This document shows, piece after piece, positions 1-13,558 of a DNA stretch of 64,000 nucleotides. Below the pieces are notes generated by a model. It was not told where the DNA came from. It saw only the letters and a list, made by a program, of their open reading frames with translations, and made no database searches. Origin of the DNA: Octopus sinensis (Eukaryota); the NCBI RefSeq assembly GCF_006345805.1, contig NC_042998.1, positions 109,368,001 to 109,432,000 on the forward strand. The letters are read 5' to 3'. The position numbers and the translations under genes are program-made. Numbering within the stretch: the stretch's first letter is position 1; each line of letters opens with the position of its first letter.

Positions 1-711
1 TTTAAAATAACTCATTTTAATTCAATTTTCAAGACAAAGTATTTAGAGGTCAGAAAAACAAAACTGTATTAAGGATTCTTTTTAATAGCTTCTTTAAAAC
101 TAGATTAAAATACCATGTTTCCTCACCTTGTTTCTGTCACTTTCATGAGATCATTTTAATATGTAACACTAGTTGTTCACTAGCCACGATTATGCATGTT
201 TTCTGCTGATATGGTCCTTGAAAAGGTTCAGTGTACAAAATACAGGAAATTAAAATAAGATTTTAGAATCAGTTCCAGCTTCTCATATACCAATTTCAAT
301 TTGAGTAAAAAAAGGTTCCCTTAAGGAGCTAAATCTACTGTACAAGAACTTATCATCATATCTTTCTCTAACCCTCTCTCTTTGCTCAATGGCTTTATGC
401 TTAATCAAATTAATCAATAATATATTCATATATATCTATTTTATTTCAGATAACCTTATTATTGTTTTATAAAGATATATATATATATATATATTTATGT
501 ATATATATATTCAAGATGATGAAATATTATTAAAAGATTGAATAATAGATCATTAACAGATGCGTGATAGCATATGATCAGTGGGATAAAGGAAAAACAT
601 GACATGATACATTCATATTCATAAACACCTGCACACATACACACACACAGACACTCACTTATGTATATATACATATGCACACACACATATATATATATAT
701 GTGTGTGTGTG

Positions 712-772
<61 letters not shown>

Positions 773-3224
773 CGAGTGAGTGGACAAACAGAAAATACAT
801 TTTCAATACATTTAGTAGGAGCCAAATATATTATCATTTTAAACAGCTTGATTTGGCTCCATGTGACTTAAAGTTTCATATGCTTCTTACAGAAATCTTG
901 CTTGCTATTTCAGAATGATTGTCAACTTGGCTCCCATCACCACCACCACCATCACCAACACTGCCATCATTGTTGATGTTATTGCCATCATCATTTTCAC
1001 TGTCTTCATCATCATTTTTCTCCCCATCATAATATCATATCTAATAGCACCATCATTTTCTCCCTAAGTTTGAATAACTATGCATCAAATAGCAATTTAA
1101 TCTCTCTCTCACTCTCTTTCACTCTCTCTCTCTCTCATGTAAACATGTTCACAACAGTTCTTAAGACTGATTCAGTTCCACAAAATCGAACATTTATGAC
1201 TTTAAGAACTGATGTGTACAAGCGTTTTACATATTTCCTCAGAACCAACCCACATAACCATCTCTGATTAAGTTGAAACACAAATTATATCACAACCAAG
1301 TGAATAAGAGAGTCCCAAATTGTCCATTCATCCTTCTAGAAATAGCAGCCAAATCTCTTAGCATCTTCAGTAGGTTTAATTAGAATTCTGTAAATCTGTT
1401 GATTGGCAGGACACCACTGATGATCTGGTCTTCTTGTAGATGATCAACGTGTGTCAATACTTTTCTTCTGTTGGTGATGGAGTGGTAACAGTAGTGATGA
1501 GGATAAAGACGTAGTACAGAGTGAGGATGCTGTTCAGTAAATTCAGAAAGGTTTTTTTCAAGTTTGGCATTTGAAACAAAAAAGTAAAAGACCAACTGAA
1601 TTAGCAGAATATATTTTACTTTTTGACATCAGTAATAGCTGGCCTATGACTACATTTCTTTGTCAAAAGTTTTGCAATATTTTCGTAACTTATTCAGCAT
1701 GTATAGTAAAGTCTGTGCTTCACTGATGGGGTAAAAAAAATCACAGCACATACAAAGTTGCTGTCCCTCCCACCTGTACTTGCTGAAATAATTTCAATAA
1801 TATAAGTCACTGATTAATGTTTTTTTTTCCTTCACTACATGATTATTTCTAGTTAACCAAGTAATGCTTTTTGTGTAAAAATATGCTAACACTAAACTAA
1901 CTAGTTTAAATATTGACTACTTCTTGCCAAAAATGAAAGACTTAGTCATTTTCAGATTTATTTACTAGAATTTCAGTATATTAGGATTTGATTTAAAAGG
2001 AATTTGGCTGCCATAGTAGCATGTTGAGGAACCATGTAGAGACATCCTTATTGGCTAGCCACTCAGAATGTTAGTATAATAACTTATGACACTGTTAGTA
2101 AAATAACATTGCAGATGCAGGCAATGCTGAGAAGGTAAGTTTTCTTTTGCAATGATAAAATTTCAAGTTCGATCCCACTGTTTGCCATCTTGAATATTTG
2201 TCTTTAGCATAGCCTTTTACTCATAAGGCTTGTAAGTAAAATTTAGTAGATGGAAACCATGTAGAAGCCTATGGACAGACTGTACTTATATCAATAGACC
2301 AACCTTAACATATAGTGTATAACACTGATTACATTTGAGAATTACATTAAAGGTACATGTGTCTGTCTAATACTCAGTCACTTTGAAGTTAATTTAATGA
2401 ATCAAATATCTAATGATCAAATAACTGAATGCAATTGTTACCTACAGAGGACCCATCAATAATGGTGAGTCAATTGCTAGAGTACGAACATCTCACAATG
2501 TTAGTAAGGTAACATGTAACATGTGACACTGTTTGCCTAGTAACACTATTGGTGTAGTAACATATGACACAGTCAATGTAGAGATATGTGACACTGGTAA
2601 GGTAGTAACATATAAAAGGTGTAAGAGCAGTAACAAGTAGCATGTGACCTGTAACACTTATAATCTAGTACACTATCTTATTGGACAGAAAACAAGTAAA
2701 ATAATTTTCGAAATTTAAAATAATTTTATGAATGATGCCTCTTCTCCAACAATACCATCATCATCATCTCCCCTACCACCACCATTATCATCATCATCAA
2801 CACTATGTCCACCATCCTGATCTTCATTATCATCATCATCACTAACACTACAATCAGCCAAACATGGTCTATGGTTTACACAAAGTCTGCAATAACTTGG
2901 ATTTAGAAACAAGATTAGAGAATTAGTTGGAAATTATATTTATGCCTTGATTTCAATGTAATCTAAATCCTTTTATTACTAGTCAATCTTCTATCTGTGA
3001 TAAACAGCTGATTCGAAACATTGCACAATTACAACTTACAACAGAAATATTTTATAATTCAATCGTATTTTCTTTTTCTTTCCAATAATATTTCAACATC
3101 TTGTCTTATTTTTCTTGAATTTCTTGGTAAATTCTATGAATGACTCTACTGAACTCACCATTTTACTAATGATTTTCAGTAGTTTTGATTGCTATTCTGC
3201 TAATCTCAATGTCTTCATCTATAG

Positions 3225-3231
3225 AGAAGTA
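3225..3231 (+). other. Candidate 7-nt microexon
   Basis: tgctaat branch-point-like motif, gtcttcatctatag|AGAAGTA|gtaagt. No transcript evidence. Confidence 0.2.
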
Positions 3232-6200
3232 GTAAGTAGATTATTTGCAATTCTCTTTTATAATATGCTACTTAAATAAATGACCATTTTTTTCTTTTAC
3301 AAAAGAGAAATATGTTCAAATAATGTTGGGACAACTCTTTTACAACTTAGAGTGTACAGATATTTTGGAGATTTGATTAGTCATTCTGAAAATCAACATT
3401 GAGTTTTTGATTTATTTATTAAATATATATATGGGTATATATATATATATTAAAATATATAATTTAAATTAAAAATAAAAAGCAATGTTTTGTATAATCT
3501 TTTTCAGTTTATTGTCTATTATGCATAGTAAGGAAATACAATTAATACACTGTAACTTGAAAATGATTTAAATATCACTTTATTACATGCTTAATACCTC
3601 AAGTGAACTTCTATTTTATTTCTTTAATTTTTCCTTTGAGTGCAGCCTACTGGGGTAGCATTTTAAAAGAATTTAGTCAATTATAATGACCCTAGTAGTT
3701 TGTTTGGCACTTAACTTCCTTGTTCTTGTAAGATATAAAGTACAATGTAGACATTGAAAAATAAGAGAAGATAGGTCAATCAGACATAATATTCCTGTGA
3801 ATTCCTGTTCATGTGTGTTCAAACACAATATTGATATAAACATTATTAGTCAACACAAGACTAGAGTATAAGACATTTACCCATCCCCTCCAAATGAAAG
3901 AAGAAAAATAAACCATACTGGTGAAATCAAATCAACAATCCCATGGTTGTGGAGGGAACTTCTTAACCATACAACAATGCTTACACTCTCTAACCTTTAT
4001 ATTGTGTACATGCCTTAAATAGTAATGATATTTCAGTTTATAGCAAAGTCAAGATATTAGATTTTTACATAGTCACAGTTGCTATTTATTTCTAGTATAC
4101 TGATTCAGTTTATTCTCTACATTTGGAAACTGAATGTAAAGAATGGTTTCTGCCATTTTTCTCTTGGCTTTTCTTCTTTTTCACTTATACATGTCATTAT
4201 CCAAACTACTTTAAACATTCTTTTCTTCTTTTACCTGGCATTCTTTATGTGAATTAATCATGTGTATGTAAGGTATGCTATTTTAAAGGTGCCTTATCAT
4301 GCAGCAACAAGTTTTATTAATGTAAGGTAAATCATGACTTTGAAAGAGCCTAATGAGCAACAACTCTTGATTATTACATTATATTCTATTATGGAAGGTC
4401 AAGGAGGTAATTTTAGAAAGTCTACTTGGTGTTTAATTATTTTCAAGCTTCATTATTAAAGAAATGATTAGCAAACAACAGAGAACAATAGAGATAAACA
4501 ATATTCAATCAGTTGATCTTTACACAAAACATCTTCAAGTTGTAACTTGAGAGAATGCAAATACTATTTGTGTGAAATGAATGCCATATCAAGGAACCAA
4601 TGAATAATTTTATTTTCAAATATAATTTTAGGTTCAGTAACTGTTTGTAATTTTTTAAATAATATTGTTTGATTTTGTTGTATTTAATTTTGTGCTGGGT
4701 ATGAATGGGGGATATTTTATTATTTAAAATCATTTCTTCAGAATAATTTTCTTGCTGAACTTTATTTAGTCAGTTATTTAAAGCAGTCTCATTGCCTTTG
4801 CTCTTCTGAAATATAGTATGTTGCTGCTGTTGTCCTTGTTTTCATGTCTGTGGTTAATATATTGAAATATCTCTTCAAAATATCTATGTACTTTGGTATG
4901 TCTGTCTTTGAATTAGTGATGTATCACCCTCAAATATAAACACTTCATGCATTTAAAGAGAGCCACTTGAAAAAATAAAGATGGCAAAAATGATGGTAAT
5001 TAAATATTACACTTTAATGCAACTGAAGGAGTAGAATGGCTCTGGTAGTAAAATGCATAATGGATGATTGACTGAAAAATTAACCAAAGCTTTTGAAAGA
5101 AATTTTAATATTCCATAAGTTGTTTCTGAGAGCAGTTTTGCTTTTCTAAAATATTTTCATGTGCATACTCACCCATATACACTATACATGTATGTACATA
5201 TATATGTGCGTGTGTGTAAGTGTGTGTGTGTGTGTGCACGCACACACACGCATGTGTGTGTATGTGTGTGTATAGCATTTTTATGAATACTAAATGTGAA
5301 ATAAAAGGTACTGACTTCTTTAATAAGAACTCGGCTTTATTCATAACTCAGAAAATATAAGCTAATTTGATGCTAGGACATTGTACACATAGTTATTTAA
5401 TCTTCTAGTTCTTCTTGTTCCTTCAATTCTCCCCTCCTTTTAGGTGACTTGTAACAATGGATATGCATGTGGTTAAAGAAATCAAACACCAACAGCATCT
5501 TTTGATGAGGGTAGTGCAGTTTGCACATGAATTGTTCTGGTCAAACTGAACCAAGTACATCTGTCTGGCATTTTTATGGTTTAGTCAGGAAAGGAAGGAT
5601 AGTGATCATGATATTTCCTCAACTGTCTGAGATTGGTGAGAAGAAATTATCTTCTTAACCTAAATTTTTTCAGCATAGGGAACTTCACCAAAGGTATGTA
5701 AGTGTGAGGCTGTGCTGTTAAACAGATTAACTGCTATAACTTAACCTCACCTTAGAAAATCTTATTTTTGCCCAAGCAACTGATATTATCAGACCACTGA
5801 AACTGGGCTTTGAATATTGTTGCTTTGTTACTCAGTGCTGTGTGGTTCTATGTAGGACCTCCAAGTCAATCATGTGATCTCATAAACACCTACATTTGTA
5901 AATTACTATTTTAAAATCTCGCGTAAGATATTCAGCAACAATACTTTGTAGTAAAGTTTGTTTGCCAACATAACATGGCAGTCCTAGTTTAGGACGAATG
6001 TTGCTGTAATTTAGCCCCAGGAGACATCATCTCCAGCTAGCTATACGACATGGTCTGTGTCCTTATATTTTCGAACAAAGGAATCTTGCACCGCCACTCA
6101 GCTCAAAACAATATCTGTGTATCTACATTTGTGACTGCTGAAAGTATGCACAAAATTATTCATTATCCCAGTTGTTTTTTTTATTTTACTTCTGCAACAA

Positions 6201-8256
6201 CTATCTATCTAGGAGGAATTTAAAGTAGAAATTTATTCATTATTATTCACAATTAAAGATCAAATTTTATATCATATCTTCAATTTTATGTTTATGTATC
6301 ATCTCCAATTTTGTAAATATAACACTTTACTCTGTTTATTTCAGTCACTCTGATAATTCTGATAATTTGCATTTTCTAATTCTCTCATAAATATTTCATT
6401 GGCTATCTTATCTTGTAAATAAAAAAAATCAGATTCTGAGAAAACTAGTAGCAGTGATCAAACATCATTTATTTCATCTCTCCAAGGCATTCAAACTTAT
6501 CTAAATTTGTGAATTTTTTTCATTAAATTTAAAGAGATATTGTTCTTATATAAGCTTCAGTTTCTTCACAGAAAAATCTCACAGTGTATACTAATTAGAA
6601 ATTGTATACTAGACATTATTTCCCTGATATTTTTTCATATACCCAGCAACAGCAGTTTGATGATTTTAAATTCTTACTAAATGATTTCAAAATTATGTTT
6701 CTTTTGAAATCAAACATTAGGTGCATTAGATATAGAATTTCTGAAAATTTGATTTTACTAATTGTCTAAAGAAAGTTCTCATTTGTTTATTTGTCTAAAA
6801 ATATTAGCCATACATCACTATGATGGACACTGTGATAGTAAATCTGTTTCATATGTTTGGTGTGATCCAGAAGGCAAGACAGTAGTACATGTGCTATACA
6901 ATTAAGCTTCAGATCAAGAAGCATGAAAAGCATGGTATTTTAAATGAAAAAACATGTATGCAAACAGCTCTTCAACAAAGAGTTCATTTGGCATCCCTTA
7001 TATAAATGGTTGATCATAGAATCTAATGGGTTAGATTAATAATCACATGATACAATTTTTTGTCTTCTTTCTCTTTATATAGTTTCAAATTAGTTAAAGA
7101 ATTTTTCAGCTGTGAATCATAAGACATAAGGATATGTCATTCATTGCAGTGATATTTTTACACGTTATTCTGAAAATGCATAATATGCGTGTGTGCCTGT
7201 GTGTGTGCATCCACGTGTTTGTATGTATGTGTGTAAATATATATATACATATATACACACACACATACATGCACACACACATACATGCATACATACATAT
7301 AAACACACACATTTATATACACATATATGTGCATTTATATGTATATATGTAACTGTATACCCGCATATGTATGAGTATGTATACCGTATGTATGTATCAA
7401 TTAAATATGTAAATAATACTTTATGCTATCTCCAAATAATCTATTTGTAAATTATATACACATTCCTTGTATGAACTAATTGTTGGTGACCATTAATTTC
7501 CTGAATTGCTGAAAGGTATGTGAAGTTGTCTTCTGTTTATCATTCATGGCAGGATTCTTATATATTTTTTTATTTATAACAAACTTTACAGCATTCTTTC
7601 ATTAAATCCACTTTATGTTTTCTTATGTAATTTTCATATTCATTTTTGCTTGTAAATGTCCTCAATTTATACTCCATACTATTAAGAATTTTAAAATATT
7701 TTTGTCGAATGAAAAAAAAAATGAAAAAGAAATTGTAAACTGAACTGAAGCATGGAAAAAAACTTTATGACATATATTTTAAAATATCAAGCATGTGCAA
7801 ATATTACTGTAATATTTTTGAATTACTTAAATGCCATTTATTCTATTAAATAATATGATCTGAAGAAATAATAAAGGCGGTAATTATATTTAGATAGCCA
7901 TAATATAAAACTAGAATTAAGTAGTAAATATATTCTGCTAACTAATTCTATTTGGTATAAATAAAATTAACAATTTCTTTTAGAGAAATTTCCATTAAAA
8001 CATAATTTAGCATAGCAAATTTCTTTCTTTATCACAAGCACCTTTTATGCAAAATTATTGCACCATTTTTTTTCCTTTGCATTTTATAAAATATGACAAC
8101 AGTCTTAGTCTTTCAAGAGAAGTAAATTTATAAATTTAACAATAATTTGTGACTGATTATGAAATTAGTTTACTATTTTATATTTATGAAAGTTTGTTGT
8201 TATGTGTGTGTAAGGTTATATGAAGTAAATAATATTGAAATTAAATTAAACTATCA

Positions 8257-8299
<43 letters not shown>

Positions 8300-9225
8300 T
8301 GAAAATGATATTTCGTTAAATAGGTGGAACTAAATTATATTGATAGTATTACAAGTCAATTTATTATGTATTATCATATGATATTTTTGCATTTATTGCT
8401 TCTTGCTGACAAAGCTTGCATTTAACCATTTGATATTTTCACTATTATCTCATTCTTTCTAATTATTGGTCATACTTTTCATTACAGAAATAAATTTATA
8501 CCATCTAATTTATATGTTCTAACATAGAATATAAATGTCAATTATTTAAATTAAATAACCAAAATCAGTTTCATTAACAAATTATTACCACATTTGTGGA
8601 TTAATTATATATTTCAATTGTAATATAGTCAGAAAGTTGATGTTTTGATTAAAATACATGTAGTATACCTCTACCTAAAGCAATAAAATAGCCTCATTGC
8701 ACACTCACAAACACATCTACTTAAATGGTTATAAAGAACAAATGAGGGGAAAGTAAATACCTAATTGTAAACATACAAAAGAGATTTACTATCTATTTTA
8801 TATCCACATGCACAAACAACTGTATACATCTACCTGTCTGTCTATCTATCTATTTATTTTTTTCTTTTCTTGGGATGAATTCAATTCATCCCCAGTCGAA
8901 AGACACCTGTTGTTATGTCCTGTTATTATTATTCTTATTGTATATATATTTGTCTAACATTGTCTTTTTTTCCGTCCTTGTTTTTGTATATATTCGATGC
9001 TTTCTTCCAAGGAATCTAAAGCTCTTAACTTAGTCTTTCCTTGGGGCAGGCCAGATTGGAGCAATCTCAAGATTAATCAGCCAAAATTGCAAGGATGATC
9101 TGGTTCTTGACTGAGGATAGAAAGCTTTGAATGACCCATCCTTGTTTTTTTGTATCATCCATCTGGATGTTTTGTTGTCCCTTTTTGTATCACCTAGTTG
9201 TCTGGATGTTTCGTGTTCTTGTCCC

Positions 9226-9294
<69 letters not shown>

Positions 9295-9382
9295 GGAAAA
9301 TTTACGAAAATAAACAAAAGACGAAGGCAGGTGGTGTACAAACAAACAAATGTATTAGTATAGCGCTCAGAAATAGAAAAAG

Positions 9383-9420
9383 TCTTTTACGTTTCGAGCC
9401 TATGCTCTTCTACAGAAAGA
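9383..9420 (-). ncRNA. Minimal type I hammerhead-like motif, core variant CUGUAGA
   Basis: Minus strand reads TCTTT CTGTAGA A GAGC ATAG GCTC GAAA CG TA AAAGA: 5-bp stem I, 4-bp stem II, self-complementary ACGT at stem III, GTA triplet. Core A6 is replaced by U. Confidence 0.6.
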
Positions 9421-9991
9421 TACACAGAAAAAAACAAGGAGAGAAAAAAATGTGTGAAGTAGCTAATGATCTATCATATATATATATATATATTAAAGAT
9501 ATGATGAGTTTTCATCAGGGTGACTCAAACTAATAACTATGTGCTCTGACTGCTCAAATAGTTGAAGGTGTGATTTTGTGACTCCCTTATCCAAAGCAGC
9601 TAAAAGTGGGTTCCCCTTGAGTCAGTAGTTATTGATTAAAATAGAAAAGGAAAGGCAAACAAATTGGCAAGACTTGACAAGGACATTTAATTTAGCTACA
9701 TAATAAAGATTCTCTGACAGCTGTTTCTAGGATATCCCAGCTATTGGAACATCATGTTGAATGAAGACTCCATATGCTAAGAATGCCGTAATTGAAGAGA
9801 GATAGGTTAAACATATGTGACAGTGAAAGAAAGTTCCTCGTCAATGACAGTTACTGTGGGTCATTACATCTAGACAGGGAGGAGAAATCCAGTTAAATCC
9901 AATTAGATTGGGTATTCTTAAGGCAAATCCAAGGTCAGAGAGAATAGTTAAATAGAAATCCATAGTGAGGGAAAACATACATATATACATA

Positions 9992-10030
<39 letters not shown>

Positions 10031-10158
10031 TTCAGCAAAATTTAGATTCAAATGAATATGGTACTTAAGTTAGATGCACCAGAATTTTGTATGGTGTTAT
10101 CCATATAAATCCATGGGGTGATTATAATCAAAAATAAGCAACAAGAATAACTTCGGTA

Positions 10159-10159
<1 letters not shown>

Positions 10160-10193
<34 letters not shown>

Positions 10194-10300
10194 ATATATA
10201 CACACACACAAACACATGCATATATATATACATGAATATATACATATATATATACATAAATATATACATACATATATATATATATACACACAAACACACA

Positions 10301-10350
<50 letters not shown>

Positions 10351-10371
10351 CATACATACATATATACATAG

Positions 10372-10431
<60 letters not shown>

Positions 10432-10511
10432 GAGAGAGAGAGAGAGAGAGATAAATAGATGGATGGATGGATGGATGGATGGATAGATAGATAGATAGAT
10501 AGATAGATAGG

Positions 10512-10560
<49 letters not shown>

Positions 10561-10572
10561 TGATAGATAGAG
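10160..10572. repeat. Compound microsatellite (TA)n-(GA)n-(GGAT)n-(GATA)n
   Basis: Directly visible. Confidence 0.95.
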
Positions 10573-11400
10573 CATCATCATCATCATGGTTTAACATCCA
10601 TCTTCCATGCATGCAGGTGGAACATCTACTGGCCAGGTGGAAACTCTACCCAAGGCTATTTTGTCTGTTTTGGCAGAGATTTTATGGCTGGATGCCCTTC
10701 CTAACACTAACGATTCTATGGGGTGGACTCGGTGATTTTTACATGGTACTAGCACAGGCGAAGTTAGTTTTGGCAAGATGTTTTTAGAGTGTGACAAAGA
10801 GACAGAGAGACAGAAGCAGGTGTCTTTCCACAACAGAGGGGGAATTAGAGGAAGTGATCCACTATCAAATGATGAAAGGTTAGAGTATAACAGAGAAATA
10901 CAGAGGCAGAAAGAGGCATCTTGCTATAGAGGAGGTACACGGTTACACAGTGAGAGAGAGAGGGGGGAGATAGAGAGTGAGAGAGAGGTACAGAAAGAGG
11001 CCAGAAACAAATGTGCTGATGTAAAGGTGATATCTGGTTCCCTAGTCAGAAGAAAAACATGAGAACGGGAAAAAGAAAGACCAAAGGAAAAGAGAGAGAA
11101 AGAGAGATTAGGGAACAGCAAAAGTGTAAGAGAGAGTAGAAGAGAGATGGTGTAGTGCTAGGGTATACTCACAAGTAATAAGAATATGAATGTAGAACCT
11201 GGTTAGAAAAATAGAGGGTGGGTGTGAATGGTGGGGTAGGTGGGAGCAGTGATACCTTGAGCATAGCAGTGAGGGCATATATATACATGTGTGTATGTGA
11301 ATAATCAAGTAGTATATCTTGGGTTATGGCATATCATCAGTCTTGACAATATAAGTGACTCATCAGATCTGTTGACCAGAAGCACACATCAGAAGCTATA

Positions 11401-11780
11401 TCATCATCATCATCATCGTTTAGTGTCTGCTTTCCATGCTGGCATGGGTTGGATGGTGCAACTTGGGTCTGGGAAGCCAGAAGGCTGCACCAGGCCCAGT
11501 CTGATCTGGCAATGTTTCTACGGCTGGATGCCCTTCCTAATGCCAACCACTCCATGAGTGTAGTGGATGCTTTTTACGTGCACCAGCACAGGCGCCAGAC
11601 AAGGCTGGCAAACAGCCACAATCGGATGGTGCTTTTTACGTGCCACTGGCTCAGAGGCCAGGCGAGGCTGGCAACGGCCACGATCGGATGGTGCTTTTTA
11701 TGTGCCAATGGCACGGAAGCCAGTCGGGGTGGCGCTGGCAACGGCCACGTTCGGATGGTTCTCTTATGTGCCACCGGCAC
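11401..11780 (-). mobile_element. RTE 3' UTR-only copy
   Basis: (CAT)n followed by gtttagtgtctgctttccatgctggcatgggttgg..ggatgcccttcctaatgccaaccac, the reverse complement of the RTE tail. A similar copy is at 10573-10780. Confidence 0.85.
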
Positions 11781-12549
11781 AGTCCTGGTCAGTTTGGAGG
11801 GGAAAACAAACAGAAATAAAAAAAGCTCATTCTGAGGGAGAAAAGGTACCTCCCCTTGAACAAGTCCAGCCGCATCTGAAATGGGCCAGTTTGTACATCT
11901 TCTCATTCTCTAGTCTGCAAACAGAGAAGACCACATTTCCAAAACGAATTTTCTGTCATATGGGCAGTGTAGTCTCTAGAATAAGAATAGAATGGAGAAA
12001 ATCTGGTAAATCTGGAATATCTTATGACAACTTAGCTGCCTCTACACAGTTGCTAGACCTTCTAGAAATAGCAACCATATTTCCCTTGAATCAGTATTGT
12101 TTGTCTTGATAAGAAGGACACATAGAAGAATGTAATTTTAGATGCATTATGTCTCAGTCTAATATTTGCACTGCAGCCAATGCAGAAGGCCGACCTTATT
12201 GTTGCGAACAGTGGGGTGCAAGTGCAGATGCGCTACCCTAGACCGACTGAGCAGGTGCCGGTGGCAAATAGCGGTGATGCTGCAAAGATGCAGTGGCTAC
12301 CAAACACTGTTTTTCGGCCCGATGCCCAGATGCAACCTGCGATCGCAGCTTCAGTTGCATGTATTAGCATGCAACTGAATATATATATATGTAATATATA
12401 TAATATATATATACATATATATTATATAATATATATATTTTATATATATCAGTAATAATATAGGGTGAAATCAATTAATTTGGAATAATCATTAATTTCA
12501 CCAAGTAGATTTCGGCATGTAAAAGCCCCATTCGAGGAAAGTTTAAGTA

Positions 12550-12899
12550 ATACTAAGTAATTAAGGGTTTAGCAATGATTTGCCTCACCACACACCGAGT
12601 TTAGAAATAGCAGTCAAAGAGTTATAGCTATTCCTTCTACTAAAAGGGAGATCTCAGTAAAACCACAGCACTTGAAAGGCAAACGTAGGCAAGAGAGAAA
12701 GAAATGACGACAATCAGTGACTTAATATTGAATGATTGTCGTCATTTCTTTCTCTCTTGCCTGCGTTTGCCTTTCAAGTGCTGTGGTTTTACTGAGATCT
12801 CCCTTTTAGTAGAAGGAATAGCTATAACTCTTTGACTGCTATTTCTAAACTCGGTGTGTGGTGAGGCAAATCGTTGCTAAACCCTTAATTACTTAGTAT
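12550..12899. repeat. Long near-perfect palindrome (167-bp arms, 16-nt loop)
   Basis: 12550-12716 is the reverse complement of 12733-12899 with two mismatches seen, both CpG/TpG type. The element continues leftward to about 12450 and is bounded by TA-rich arrays. Confidence 0.95.
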
Positions 12900-12923
12900 A
12901 TTTTATATATATATATATATATA

Positions 12924-13558
12924 TTAGGTCGTTAAGTACGAAGTTTGCAGTAAGGTATATGGTTGACTTTGACAGCTGCTCATTTTGCGCCATAATTATA
13001 TTTTGACAACCTTTATCTTTTGTTAGAAAGCTGACACATCTATTTCTTTATTCTAACTCATTCTTCATTTTATAAAGTATTTATAAATCGTTTTTTGCTA
13101 TTTTTGTTTAGAGATGGATAAATCAGAAATTCGTACAATTTTGAAATATGAGTTCTTTCTTGGAAATACAGCATCACAACAGCTAGGAACATTAATGGAG
13201 TATTTCATTCTAATGCTATTACACAGCAGACAGTATCAAATTGGTTTGCAAAATTTAGTTCTGGTAACTTTGACTTCACAAATGAGCAACGTGGTTGACC
13301 AGAAACAAAGGTGGATAATGATGAACTGAAAGCCACTGCTGAGTCAGATCCATCTCAAAGTGTCTGTGAATTAGTGTTGCTGTTTGGTGTTAGCAAGCAA
13401 ACAATATTGACTCAATATTGAGTTCAAATCAGTAAAGTGAAAAAATTGGATAAGTGGGTTTCACATGTCTATGAAAATCAGAAACAGCAACGTTTGGTAC
13501 CCTGCATTATGCTACTTCATTATCACAACAATGAATCGTTTTTGTGTTGAATTGTAGC
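12924..13558 (+). mobile_element. 5' half of a decayed mariner transposon
   Basis: TA then TIR-like ttaggtcgttaagtacgaagtttgc. MDKSEIRTILKYEFFLG and KVKKLDKWVSH remnants, truncated at a TA array. Confidence 0.85.

Noticed and set aside
127-216. 90-nt minus-strand exon-like segment (ccttttcaag acceptor, G|gtgagg donor)
   Set aside because: Stops in all three frames. It could be a non-coding exon, but nothing else supports it.
495-837. ORFs of YI/HT/CV repeats here and at about 10048-10612, 32708-33204, 34440-34888, 40088-40475 and 53669-55235
   Set aside because: They are translations of microsatellites with no coding signature.
2114-2470. Exon-like AG..GTAAGT (about 2135) and AG..GTGAGT (2448-2470) sites
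   Set aside because: Both fall in or at the edge of decayed SINE copies and have poor pyrimidine tracts.
2715-2912. Asp-rich ORF
   Set aside because: Reverse translation of a degenerate (CAT)n tract.
5970-6010. GTCCT-agttt-AGGAC-GAA hairpin resembling hammerhead stem II
   Set aside because: No CUGANGA upstream and GAAU instead of GAAA.
9105-9145. CTGAGGA..GAAT motif
   Set aside because: No workable stems I-III or cleavage triplet.
12490-12540. Minus-strand GGC-loop-GCC-GAAA next to the palindrome
   Set aside because: The core reads CTCGAATG and no NUH/stem I register fits; at best a highly decayed relic.
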